This document shows positions 14,701 through 27,800 of a DNA stretch of 64,000 nt, in pieces. Made by a program: the position numbers and the translations under genes. Each line of letters begins with the position of its first letter. The stretch's first letter is position 1. The DNA comes from Yuukianura sp. NJ FZ-2021 (taxonomy: Eukaryota), in assembly GCA_046563655.1 (NCBI GenBank), contig CM102285.1, positions 2,914,001 through 2,978,000 of the forward strand. Reading direction: 5' to 3'. The notes beneath the pieces were generated by a model, which saw nothing but the letters and a program-made list of their open reading frames with translations, made no database searches and was not told the origin of the DNA.

Positions 14701-15538
14701 ATAAAGGTTGGATTAGTTGAGCCATCTCCACCCGAAGACTTCCCCCCTGACATCCACCATCTCCCCACCCCATGAAATCCACCCCTTCCGCATTTCCTGA
14801 CATCCACCCCCTCTAAAGTCCCCACTCTTCAGTCTCATCTTCATTATTAACGATTTTTTAATTCTGCCGCTTCCACTTCTCACGCTCTCCTCATCCCGCT
14901 TTTACCAAACAAACCGCTCTGCAGCTTTACTTTGACTATTTTCGTTTTGAAAATTCACAAACTCTTTGGATTTTGGTGCGTACTGAGCTAGAACTCGGAA
15001 GATGTGAATGACGTGTAGTAATTCCATTCCAGCCGCCCCTCATCTTAATGTTTCCTTGGAGCAGAAAAGAGAAAGTGGAAGAATCGTTTGCTAAAGCTGA
15101 ATTTGATGGATTTGGACCATTAATCATGTTTAGACGAGGAGAGAAGATTGTGACGGAATTAGTAAACTAAACACAAACGGACTATGCACACCCTTCAATC
15201 TCTCCTTTCATAAAAGAAACTTGGATTACTCAATCTTTCCACGTAAACAAATCTTAATTCTGCTTATAAACAACAAAACATGGTTTAAACACAACTTAAA
15301 CGTTAGATACTGTGTTAAAACTATTGTAAAAAACAGGAAGTTAGAAAAGTGTCGTTCCACTTTTCAATTGGAATGAAAGTAACAGGAAAAGTTTTCATGA
15401 GACTTTATGACATTCCTTTAAACTTTTGAGGTCAAACAAAGTTTATTCAACTTTCAAAATTGAACTTTTCAAGTTATAAGGTTTTCAACTTTTGTTGAGG
15501 TTACAACTCTTGAGATCACTACTTTCTCCAAGGAATTG

Positions 15539-16124
15539 CCCCAACTAGAAATCGAAAGTTAAAACAACGTTTTATTTCTGTTACCACGTAACGTTGCGCT
15601 AAAGTGATTTGTGGCCGCGCTTTCCACGTGAAATTAATGTTGAGAGTGTGGAAAAACATAACGTTGCATTGTTGTTGCGAGAGTGAAAAAAAATAACTCC
15701 CGTGTGGAGCTTTGCACTCCCACCTTCTCTTCCCTTCTCTTCCTCTCACTCCTATGCTCTGCACCACTTCCACAAACTCACATTGTTGGAGTCTCACTAT
15801 CCTTTTCTAGCAGTCATGCCGGTTACGGAGAAGAGCGGGAGCGATGTGAAAAAGAGGTGAAAATAACGTTGCGCCTCCTACTACAGCACCACAAGTTAAA
15901 ACGACGTTAAATTTAGGTTATTTTCGCAAAATTGGTAACAGTTGTAGAATGATGCGTTGTAAACTTGTTATAAAAACACATCACCCCAACGTTATTTTAA
16001 CTTCTAAATTAATAGTTGAAATTATGTTGTAAATACAGAGTCCGGTTATAATTTACAACATCACTGATTTTTCACACTTCCAACGTTAAATTAACATGAA
16101 TTTAAGTTTCGTTTCTAGTTGGGG
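15539..16124. mobile_element. Non-autonomous DNA transposon (CCC-ended TIRs, possibly CMC/EnSpm-like)
   Basis: TIRs ccccaactagaaa(t)cgaaa / tttcgtttctagttgggg and many internal AACGTT sub-repeats; the superfamily call is inference. Confidence 0.55.
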
Positions 16125-19100
16125 ACATTAAATCATTCCTATTCCCGCGTTTTCCAGTTTCAAATTCGACTTTCGAATTATCCCTCCAGCAATTCGACTT
16201 TTTTTTTCAGTTCTTAGGAGTTTGGAGACAATTCAATTTAGTCGTGAAAACACAATCATTCCTTAAGACAATAAACTTTGACATAAGGTATTTTCCGGCA
16301 TTTTTTTTGAATATGTTAGATTAGGCTGTGCAACGATTGGATTTGTGAAAAAACTTCAGAAAGTGTCCACGAGTTCGAGTCCCCCAGGACAAGCAAAAGC
16401 TTAAAATTCAAATTGAACAATGATTTGGTTACAATTCCCTAAAGGTGCATTAAGCTCACAGAATTGTTGTTTTTTTTTTTCAAGTGAAAGTCAGGAAGAA
16501 AAGAAAGCCCGCTCGTGTTGGCGGGGATTTCGGAAGTGTGTTTCTGTCCGCGGATTTTCCTTTGGCAGAATTTGCCGGCACCTCCTTAAATCCATGTTGA
16601 TTTATTACTTTTGTTTTTGGCTCCTTCAAGAGTCGAACTGTATCTCCCCGCGCTCTTTTTTGAACAAGATGGAGACGGAGTATTTCCGCCTGCCGCTGAA
16701 CAACTTCTTTCACGTCCCATTAGTTATTTGCTTTCTCAATCTCAAGGACTTTCTCTCGAATGATAAATTATTCCACACTCCCCTCCAGCCATCAACTTCC
16801 TCCTTCAAACAAAAACAAAACGAAAAAACAAAGGAAATTAAAACGAGAGAAAAACGATACGACTTTATCTAAAGAGCGGGAAGACTTGGAAACATTTTTT
16901 GAAAGAAACAAATGCGAACTAATCACAAAGCTCATGTCAAAATGTCTTCCATCAACAATTATATCTGACTGAAAAGAATGTTTGAAACAAAACGTGGGTG
17001 TTTGGATTTCGAAGGAAGAGAAATTCGTTAAGTGTTGGGCATTTACGGTAAAACGAAAAGGTAATGAATCACTGGTCGATTAGAAAGAAGCGAGAAACAA
17101 ATGGCAATAAATTCATTAGCCAACTTTAACTTTCCCGCGAAGCTTCAAACTTTCTCCGATACGAAGAATGAGACACCAGCAGCTCCACCTATCGTCATTT
17201 TGGCACCAACTTTTTGAATTTTTCATTTTTGTGGACTTTCACATACTACCTAAGACATGCAGAATATAGTTTGAAAAATGATGACAAAAGAAAAAACAGC
17301 TCTAAAGTTACTTTCAGGATATATTTCGAGTATAAAAACGTTTTGATTTACTTTTAATTCTAAGTTGTGTTTTGGAATTAAGTGACGGTGTGCTACATAA
17401 ATGAACTTTGACCTCCAAAGGCCAAAGGTCATCCATATGGATGTAATTCCCGTTATAATTTGGAACAGAATTTCATTTCATCATCTTTTTCCTAATTCCA
17501 ACAGGATCCAATTATCCTTCTCACTTTTACCACACTTTCCTTCAAAAACGACACAACATCCAGGAGGAATTTGTTGCTTTCATTTCATAACGACGACACG
17601 GGAGCCGCGAGGTGGTTTCAATTGGGGCAAAGTGAGTCGTGACTTTCGCCCTTTGAAGTGACTAATTCACATCTAATTTGTCATTCATGAAATCCTCCTC
17701 CTTTGGGGGAAGAGAGAGTGCGGAAGATTTGAAATTTGGATGATTTTAGGAGGAAATGAAGAACCTAAAGTCATTACACGCTGTGCGGACGCTTCTTCAT
17801 CATAAATGAAATTGAATCTCTAATGAGATAAACCTTCCCGCCTTTACCAAACTAACCTAACGTTCTACTCTGGTGCGTACTTCTAACCCTAACCTTAACA
17901 AATGGAAAAACAAAATGAAAGTCTCCTGGAACACGTAATAACCAATCACCTCAAGTACCCGCCGTTCCCCTCCCAGCAATTTTCCTGCCATTTTCAAGCA
18001 TAACAACCTCACTTTCAAATCACAAACTCAAAATTAACACTTTCCATTCTTGGAAAGGTTTACTTTCTTCACTCACCTCTAACCTGTACAACTTTTGTAC
18101 AATTCCAAGGTTTTCTGTTTCTTACCTTAACATAAGCCTGAACATGATATTAACAAAACTAAATTGTCAAAAGCAGAGATGTTACTCCACTTCCGTTTCA
18201 CATAACTCCACTTGACACTTGCAGGAAAACATTGGTGGTAAGTGGGGTTGGAATTGGCGGGAGACTTTGAAAGTGTTTTTTTTCTACGTTTCAGCCGGGG
18301 ATTTCAACCGGCAGCGGTCAAAACCAGAGGAAGTTCCGTCGTGACGCAAATCGTGATGAATTGACTCTACCTCATAAATTAACACAAAAACTTATATAAA
18401 ATCGCAAGTCCTCCGTGCTTCCTTTCCAGCTCAAACTGTATCACTTACAAAAAAAATATGTCAAATACACTGACGCATATGTTGTCCCAAAAAATGTATC
18501 CAAGTCTATAGTAATTCGAGATGAAAACAGAATTTGATTTCTCATTTCAACGGTTTGAACGAAAAGTTGCGATTTTCAACGAAACGTAAGCTTTGTACAA
18601 TTTGTGTGAATTTTGAATTTGTCCAGAGTTAGAAAAAAAAGTGTAAATTAAATCAGAGTTGTTGAAAAAGAGAGCGGGAAGGGCGAGAGGCAATTTGAGC
18701 CTATTTTCTCCTGTCATGTTTCCATTTGGAACCGAAGCTGGGGGAGCATAATCTATTACAGTTAAAGGAACCATAAATCTGTTCCACTTCCGAACCAAAT
18801 TCAAACACTCTCCTCATATTGAAAATCCAATCCCACCTACTACCAGGTTAGGTTCGTAACTGGGAATCGGATATTTATAAAGGTAAAGGCACAATTTCAC
18901 ATAAATTTGAATCTTGCCACATATCTTCACTTGGGCGCTCCAATAGAATCACACACCTAAAACCTAGTCTGATTGCCTACGGAATTCTATATAACACTAG
19001 ATAGAGAGAGTGAAAGTGATTGAAATCTCCATTCACTACCGCACTCTTTCAATTTCTTTCAATCTCGCCCAAATTCAAAAAAAAAAGTCCTGCCAAATTA

Positions 19101-20962
19101 TTATTTCCCTTGATTTGACAATATTCTTGTTCCGTTTTATGCATTTTACTCCGCTGTCACTCTGTCAACAGAGAAAACATTGCCTAGGGGCATAATAAAT
19201 TTTATTTCATTTTCAATTTCCCTTTCACCAATTGAATTAAACCGCCAAACTTTGATGTTCAAAAACTCGCTCCTTTTTTCTTGTATGGTTTGATGTGGGT
19301 AATGTTGTATTTTATGGTCAATTTGAAAAATCAATCCAGCGGCGACAGGAATAAATTCACAATCACAATTGAAAAATTTTGCAGAGAAAGGAAAAAAGGG
19401 CGAGAGGATTGTATGCGACAAGATTAAATTTGAATTGGATTTGAACTTTTTCCATCTTTTTGCTTTTTATGTTTAGATTTTCAAAGTTCCTGTTTTTTAA
19501 AAAATTTTCGAACAGTTTGTTTAAAAATTGAATATTTTATGTTTGTATGTCTTTTAAACCTTATGTTTAATTTTAAATGTCTGATTTTTTTTTTTGGAAA
19601 TGAAATTCAACTCCCGAAAATTGAAACGCACTTGAAAATGTAGAACGGAGAAACTTTTTTTTTGGTAGAAATGGATGGGGAAAGTGAGTGACTTGTGAAA
19701 GTTTAAGAGTTCGATTCATTTCGGAAAAGTGTACATTAAGATGACACGAGTTGCAAGTGATTTCCACTCTGCCCGAGAGTTTCACTTTCATTTCCAGAGT
19801 TTGTCTAGGGACTTTCAACTTTTGGCGGGAAATATCCATTTGAAAAGTGGGGCTTCTTGTGTAACTGCTGCGGATGGAGGACAGGCCACTTGACATGTCA
19901 AATGAAGAAGGAAATGGAAAAGTCGCCTGTCACGAGTTGTTGCGGAGGAAATATTATTATTAGTATCCAATACAATTCCAGACTCAAAGTGAAAAACTTT
20001 ACTCTCCAAATTTCAAAATTTCAACAAAAGAAACTTTCTCCCGCTGACGACCAAGCTCATACATTATACTCCCATTCAGAAGCCAATGAAATTCAATGAG
20101 TCGAATCCCGTCAAACGACAAAGTTATCAAATATCTGAAACTCCACTTCAAACCAAACAGGGTGGCAACAAAGCAGCCCCGCCCGCAAAAATCAAAAACG
20201 TCAAAAAAACGTTAAAAAAAATTCCTGCTTCATACCAACCACTTTTCATTCGTCTTGAAAATCTAAGAAATGGATTGAGAACTCGATACTTTTGAAATTC
20301 CAAATTCCCCACACATAATATACCTTCATCGTACGAAGTGGAGCATTCTTGGAATGGAAAGCATTAAAATGTTCCACAAAATTTCAAAAATAAAAGAATA
20401 TGTAAGGAAAAAAAGTCTGAAATGGTGCGGTGAGAGCATAATCTGCCTATAAACAAGGGTTGCAGAAAAAGTCACGTTCTGGAAGTCATAAGGACTAGAG
20501 AAAGCTTTCACTCCACTCGTTCCCACTTGAAGGCTTTTTCTTTGTGCCCATCTACAACCCCCCCCCCATACCCCTGACCCCCCCCCCTCTTGCTCACTAC
20601 TTTATTACAATGGGGGAAATTGTGGAGCTCATGACTCTTGGCAGGGGTCTCCATCTTAACTTGGGCTGACAGGATATTTCCCTGCATACGAATTCGATTT
20701 GAGTGTTTGACTTGTTCCTTCCAGCAGAGCTCCACGCATAAGCTACAAAGTGGAAAATTTCATATCTTCTCCGTGACTTTTCCCGCGGAATGTTTCAAAA
20801 AACTGCTTACAAAAGTGTATTAGGAGAGCCAGTCAAGTGCACCCACTCTTCCCTTGATGGGAAACTATTCAAAGGCTTATTTCAAATCCAACCGCCACTG
20901 TTCCCCCGCCCCCGTCTTTTCTTCTTTGGTTATGAAATTACTACAAAGAAAAGTCGCGTCCG

Positions 20963-22124
20963 TATGGAGGGGTATTAGCGACTTCAAACATTATTTATTT
21001 ATTTTATATTTTTTAAATATTTGTGTCGTTGAGAAAAAAAAAACTTTACAAAAAGAACAAAAAAGTTTCTAAAAAAAAATTTTTTTTAATTTTAAAAATA
21101 ATTTTTGCATTTAAAAATATATCTCTAAATTTGAAATACATTTTTAAAAAAATTTCGTTAAAAATATTTTTATTTATAAAGTTATTTTTTTATAGAAAGA
21201 AAAAACTTTATTTTTGGCCAAAAAAATATAAATCTGGAGCACTGTCAAAAAACTTTAGAAATAAAAAAAGCTTTTTTTTATTAGAAATGCTGAAGTCGTG
21301 ATTGTGACGTCATAAGCCAGGATTCGGTGGTCACTTGTGTTCTCCCAATTGCATACCACGGCAGTCCACTGTTGCATGTTTTGAAATTCAGGGAGCCCAC
21401 GCCTTGCGTTGGAATAGAAGTGATCCAGGTGCAAATGTTTGGTGGACAATGCATTTGCATGGAGAGTCGGTGGCGCTAGTCTGGCGGAAAGAATGTGAAG
21501 CACATGATATCAGCAATAAAAGGGGCTAGAATTGATAACGCTGGAAAGAAAAAGATGTTTCTCATTCTTTCCGCCAGACTAGCGCCACCAACACTCCATG
21601 CAAGTCTATTGTCCTCCGAGCATTTGGACCACCCACACCCCTGTTCCCAGGCACGAGAAATAACTGCCTTGTCAACGGCGTGAACCTCTCTGTAGTTCAA
21701 AACCGGCAACAGTGTACTGGCGTGGTATGCAATTGGGAGAGCACAAGAGACCACCGAATCCTGGCTTATGACGACACAATCCCAACTTTAGAAAAAAGTT
21801 TTTTTTCCTTTTTTTCATTTGAAAAGTTTTTTCTTTTCACAGTGCTCCACATTTATATTTTTTCGGCCAAAAACAAAGTTTTTTTTATACGAAAAAAAAA
21901 ACTTTATAACTAAAAAATATTTTTATAACTTTTTTTTTAGATATAAAAATATTTCTAATTTAGAAAAATACTTTTTAGTACAAAAAATAATTTTTTTTAA
22001 TACAAAAAAAAATTTTTTTTTCAAAACTTTTTTCTTTTTGTAAACTTTTTTTTATTTTAAGGAAAAAAAATTTAATTATAAGATAAAAATAATAATTAGT
22101 GAAAGGCGTTATTGCCCCTCCATA
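20963..22124. mobile_element. ~1.16-kb palindromic foldback-type element
   Basis: Ends are tatggaggggtattagcg / cgttattgcccctccata. The arms are inverted over ~530 bp (21301-21385 vs 21696-21780 match at 78/85) around a ~65-bp spacer. A direct repeat cgtccg lies on both flanks. Confidence 0.8.
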
Positions 22125-23417
22125 CGTCCGTGTGCATTTCAAGGAAAAAGAGGTCAAGGGTCAACCGCCTTCTGTCAAAATATGACTTAATCCCTCCCTA
22201 ACTTTTAGAAGAATGCAAAACTAAACTAAAAATGAAATTTCAAATTTATGTTGTTGAACTTGTTGTTGTTGCTCTAGGTGTCTAACTTATCATTGCTAAC
22301 CTCGTGATTTCATTGGTTCTATTTGCCCCTCAACGTCCGTAGGAACAATTGAATCAATTGAACACTATAATCGGTAGTTTGATAGTTGTGCTTGTAAAAT
22401 TTGCCTAATCTAAACTGTTTGATTTGTGAAATTGTCGAGTGGATGGAAAAGAACTGGCAGACCTGGGACAACTTTTTTCCTCAATTCAACCGTCGTTTAC
22501 TTTTTAGTTTTCTTGGCACTGGAAAATTTTTAAAACAAAGGTGCGAAAGTTTTTGCCGTTCTTTCCGCGGCATAACGGCATTTTACTGCATGACCGCCCC
22601 GTTGAAAAAACGCAACGCTTATTTGATGTCCTACGTTTACAATGACATGATCACACCAAAAGACTGAAATGAATAAACTACATATTTAGGTGTGACGAAA
22701 TTTATTTTGCTTTGAAATTCCATTTCCGTCTGATAATAATAAGCAGGATATTAACACTTCGAAAAGTCGAAAACGTCGAAAAGGGCTTAACCAAATTATG
22801 TTTTAACGCGTTTGAACCATAATTGGTGGAAGATAAACATGAGTGATAAAGTTGCACAGAACTACGTATGTCTCTTAGATTATGACAATACTACACTCGC
22901 ACATAAAATTGCACAACCAATGTTTACATTGGCTGCCCTTGGCATGACCTGGCAGACTCTGAACACTCAAAACACACATGTAAATCTACTAATGCTGACG
23001 GATCAATCAGCCGAGCTATATAACTCGTTTCGTTAATAACACAATTTAATTTTACGTAGGTTTTTCTGATTGATTTTCAGAACAAGTTCATTTTGAAAAT
23101 TGATTTTTCAGAGTCTGCTTTTTCGTCAAGAACCGATTTAAAAAAAAAGAACCCATTTAAGTGTATTGAGTTTTTTTCCCTACACTCCCTCTGCTCTTGT
23201 TTTGAATTATTTTATCTCATTTCAGGTGTATGTTTTTTTTAAACTGTTTTTTTTTATTTATTCCGTATCAAAAATTACCACACGTCCTAATTCCTATTTC
23301 AGACGGGAAAATTGTATTGCCAGTACTTGAAGAATTTATCTCTGAATTGTGATATCTTTTGACATCTGAATTTAAACCGGGTGGGTTGAATCGCTTGAGA
23401 AGGAATAAATGTGCGGG

Positions 23418-23425
23418 TATAAATA
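23418..23425 (+). promoter_or_regulatory. TATA box of the LRR gene
   Basis: TATAAATA ~80 bp upstream of the ATG at 23501. Confidence 0.5.
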
Positions 23426-23500
23426 TGTAAACGTACTTTAAACAGAAAGTATTCTATTCGAATAGAACCGGCGACGAACGTACTGTAGTAAAGAATCGAT

Positions 23501-24847
23501 ATGTTCCGAAGCATTTTCCTTGCTCTGCTGTTATTGACACAGCAAGCATCTGCGCAGGACCAGCAGTGTCCGGATCGATTCCCCCAGGAATGCAGCTGCA
23601 CCGACACATACAATGGCATTGAAATCAAATGCATCACAACAGAACTGGAGACGTGGGATATCCAAGCTACATTTGACGAAATTTCGGATCTTTTCAACGG
23701 TAATGAATCAGTCTACAGCGTGTACATTGACGGTCTTCTGCTTGAACGCGAGCAAGAGGTAAATCAAACAATCAAAATGTCAACTTTTGCTCCTTGTCAT
23801 CACGCAAATGTCCGGTGTAAGCACTACAGGTAGTCATGCATGAGCCACTAGTTCAAAGTGAAATAGAGACAAATGGCAGAAAATGCTGCCCTTTGTACCT
23901 ATGTTGATCCCTCGAAATATAATGAATGAAATAAACAAAATTCTTATACTTATAATCATCCTGCAACTAATCATTGGTATTTGCAGATTCTCGCTCATTC
24001 TATTTCGACTTTGAAGCCTAAAATGCTGCACATTTACGGTTGGAACAAATTTACCAGAATTGATCCAGAAGCGTTCTCCGGCAGTCACGATTCTCTCGAA
24101 TACCTTTATATATACGAAACGGATTTACCAGAAGTCCAAGAGGCTTTTGACCTCTTCAACAACTTTAAGTCTCTTCGTGTTCTCGGACTGATGTCTACGT
24201 CTAGAAGTACGACTTTGCTTGAAATTTCAACTCATGCGTTCAACGCCGCTCTAGTAAGCTTAACCGAAATTTACATGATGGATATCGGCCTGCAGTCAAT
24301 TGGTGAACACGCGTTTGCCGATCTTATAAACCTTGAGTGGGTCGACCTACAGGGAAACGAACTTACCCTAGCTAACATTTCCAAAAGTGCATTCGTCTTC
24401 GCCAAAGCAGGGGTTCATCTGCTCCTCCAAGACAACCCTGGAATAACTCATTTGCCGCAAGAGTTGTTCGGAGATTATTTGAAGGACGACCTTAACACCA
24501 TTGTTGTTGGAGCTGATTGCAGGTTTGGATATTGCGACCCTTCGAAATTTCTGTTCTGTGACGAACGAGTCGACTGGATCTGCGAGACAAGGATAACTGG
24601 AATCATTGGTTACTACTGCAGGGAGTCCGAGTACGATGATATTTTCGAATACTGTAGAAAAAAGTTTCGAGCGAGCCGTTTCCACAGAGAAGAGAAGAGA
24701 GGGCAACTCAAAGAACTCGAACTAGCAGATCGCATGTATCGTGAGACGTTTTACGAAGAAGAAAGGTATAGTCGTGGGGCTACACGTCAGAACAAACGCA
24801 AGAGTCCAAAAGCAAGCCGAATAACCCAGTGGGGTAGTAATAGTTAA
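23501..24847 (+). CDS. Secreted leucine-rich-repeat protein (~370 aa, 2 exons)
   Basis: Signal peptide, LRRNT cap (CPDRFPQECSC..IEIKC), intron 23759-23986, LRR motifs (LQSIGEHAFADLINLEWVDLQGNELT), LRRCT-like Cys cluster (LFCDERVDWIC) and a charged C-terminal tail. Confidence 0.85.
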
Positions 24848-27800
24848 ACCACCTGTCAAGTCGATACGTCTCACAAAATGCTATTCTCAAAATCAGTTTT
24901 GATTTTGCGATGTAAAAATTTCGATTTGAAATAAATCAACCAATCAATTGCAACAATAAATCTGACGTTGTAGTTATTACAATGGTGAAGCTATTATTAT
25001 AATAGTCTTCATGTCTGTCTATCTGTCCATTCCACCGCAAATGTATTCTACTTTAGTTTTTTTAGACTGAATAATAACGACGGAAAATGTGAGGACGAGG
25101 CTGCATACCTATAGCTCACGATATCTACGAAGAAGGAAGTTGTTGAGATGTTTGCTGTTGATGATGTTCAGAAGCAATCTATGTGGACTGAGAGCCGTTT
25201 GTGTTCCCTGTTTGTGTTGGAAAGTAAAAGTAGTGAAGGCGGAATTCAATAAAAGTGAAACAAAGACATTAAAATCAGGAGAGTCTTGAGCTACTTTCTT
25301 GGTTGGCAATAGTTACTCCCTCCATAAAAACTTCATCTTGTGCCGAGAAGTAGCTTAAGGAAGCCAAGGAGAAAGAACTGCTCGGAGCTGGGCACATAAA
25401 CTTTAATTTTGTTGGTTCACTTGTTGTTTAAACAAATGGAGAAGTCCCAAACTCCCGCCAATAAAAAGAAGAGTTCCAAATGGGCTTCACATAAAAAAGA
25501 CGCAGGAGTGAGACCGAGTAAATATTTGGACTCGCTTTATGCCTGGCCTTCTTCCGTACAATGAACGTCGCAAGACTCTTATTACAATCGCATTCTTTAC
25601 GAAACAAAGTTTAGACAAACTTTTCGTTACTCCCTCCACCAACTTTGGTCGAAATTACTAATGAAATCTTTCGGAACAAAAAGGGCAGGTCAACCTCATG
25701 AGGAGGTTATAAAGCTAAGTAAAAAAATCTTATAAGTTTTTTCTTAGTAAGCTTTTTTCACTTAATTGCATTTTTGCCCGTTTCAAGTCCACTAACTTTT
25801 TCTTAAAACTGTAAAACCTTTTATAAAAATGTGTGCAATTAAGTTTTTACACGGCAGAAGTTTCATGTGAAAGTCAAATTCAATGTTCAAGAGAACCTCA
25901 TTGCCATAAATAGAAACAGGAGTTCGAAATAGGTTTTCGAAAAACTCAATACGCTGAGAACTACACAAACATGCAAACACTTTCTCCAAGGAGTAAAGTT
26001 CCATGCTAAAATGGGTCCTTGATTTTGAAAACATGGATGAAACAGAATGAGTCTCATTTCCACGCAATAAAACGTAATTAACCAACAGATTCCACAACCA
26101 AAAACGTCCATAAACAGTTGCACTACCTTGGAACATGTGACGCCTTTTACCACACGCCAGAAATTCATTTTCCACCAACCTTTACACAGAATTTACATTT
26201 AAAAAATTTACAGCTTTTTTCCTAAACGAAACATATTCAAGCATAAAAAACGCATACTTTTTCTCCTATTTGTCACTGTTGAGAGTAGACGTAGTAAGTA
26301 AAAGCGTGTCATTAATTACTTTCTCTTTTGCAACGACATTCGAGCTCCACTTTCACTCTCTTTCTTCCTGTCGTCTGCACAAAAAGTCTTCGGAATCTAT
26401 TATCTCCACAAGTAACTAATACCTGGCAATTCTTCTCTTTCCATCCTCATGTAACATCCAAAAAGCCTACTCTGTTAGGTTTAAAAAAAGTAAAAGCAAA
26501 CCTAATGTTAACCTAACGTAAACCTAAAAGGGAACGCAGGGGATTAGGTTCTTTTGAAGAACATAATAATGGAGTTGGGGAATAATATGGCAGACCTAAG
26601 CCAGAAGATGGGCCTGATAAGTTCTGGAGCATCTGGAGACTTTTGCATCTCAACGACTTTCTTACTTCGAAGGAAGAGAAAGCAACTTTCTGCGTCCAAT
26701 TCCATGATTTTGGTTCAAAATGAGGAGAGGGAGGATGTAAAATATTTAGTCAGACGAAGATTCTTCCTCTGCTCTCTATCTTTTCCTCAGATCCTGATTA
26801 ATGGTAATAGTCTATCTCCATTGAGTCATTGGCTTTAGCCTTACTTTCTCTTTGGACAGAGAAAGAGAAAAAGAAACTTCATTTTTAGGAGAAGAGAGCT
26901 GTAGCCCCACTCTGTCTTTACTAAAAGAGTCTAAATAGTACAAAAGAAAGTCTTTTTTAATGCAAATGGAAAGACAAAAGAGTATTTAAATATTCCCGCT
27001 TCTTCGGCCTTTTAGCCAGTCTCTGTAGAATGGAAAACCCATTTCAAATTCAATGAAAAAAGGGACCAACTTTTCGTCGGAAAGAAAGTGCTAAAACCCA
27101 TGCTTCAATAAATTTTAACTTTCTCTCAGCTTTTCTATCCTAATTGCATTCCTTGGGCTCCTGAGATTTAGTGGATTAACTTTAAATAATAGCGGGAGGG
27201 TTCAAACTAATTCTAATTACGTTACTATCCAACCCCAATTACTGTGATAATAATGGGCGGGGCTTTCAAATTTGAAACGTTCCTACGCATTTCCACCGAC
27301 GTTTATGCTTCCCATGGTGGCTTTTTAAAACTGTTCAAATCCAACTATAATTCTACTTTTTTCGCTTCGGTAGCTCACAAACCTCGTAATAATAATTTTC
27401 TGGCTTCTCGCTTATTTTTAAAATTTTTCTGAAAAACCTACTCAAATTTTTTTAACGAAATTCGAATGAATTTTAAAAAAAAACGAGGTAGAAACTAATG
27501 AAAAGGAACTTCCATTTGAACCTGCTTATTACGGAGCTTAAATTTGAAATAGCGACCGGAGTAAGGCAAGATAACGATCTCTATCTCCAATTTGCTTTCA
27601 CTTTTCTACCATGCTGCTCAAAACAACGTTGAGAGTAAAGTGAGGCATGAAAAAATTGAAGCATCTCTTGATGCCAATATGTAGTGCAGATTGAAGGCAA
27701 AGATGGGCACTGTTTGTCCATTCTGTTGAGTACATGGTTGACTGAATGGAGAAAAGCGGGATTATTAAATTGGACAGACAGAGAGAATGTTGAAGAGATC

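Noticed and set aside
20558-20590. Poly-C tracts as a G-quadruplex
   Set aside because: Formally possible but with no functional context; homopolymer lengths are unreliable here
12100-20900. Many 60-150 aa ORFs in the track
   Set aside because: F/K/L/S-rich random ORFs of AT-rich non-coding DNA, often with non-ATG starts
21255-21913. Mirror-image ORFs sharing ILSARLAPPTLHA
   Set aside because: A by-product of the palindrome; no independent coding signal
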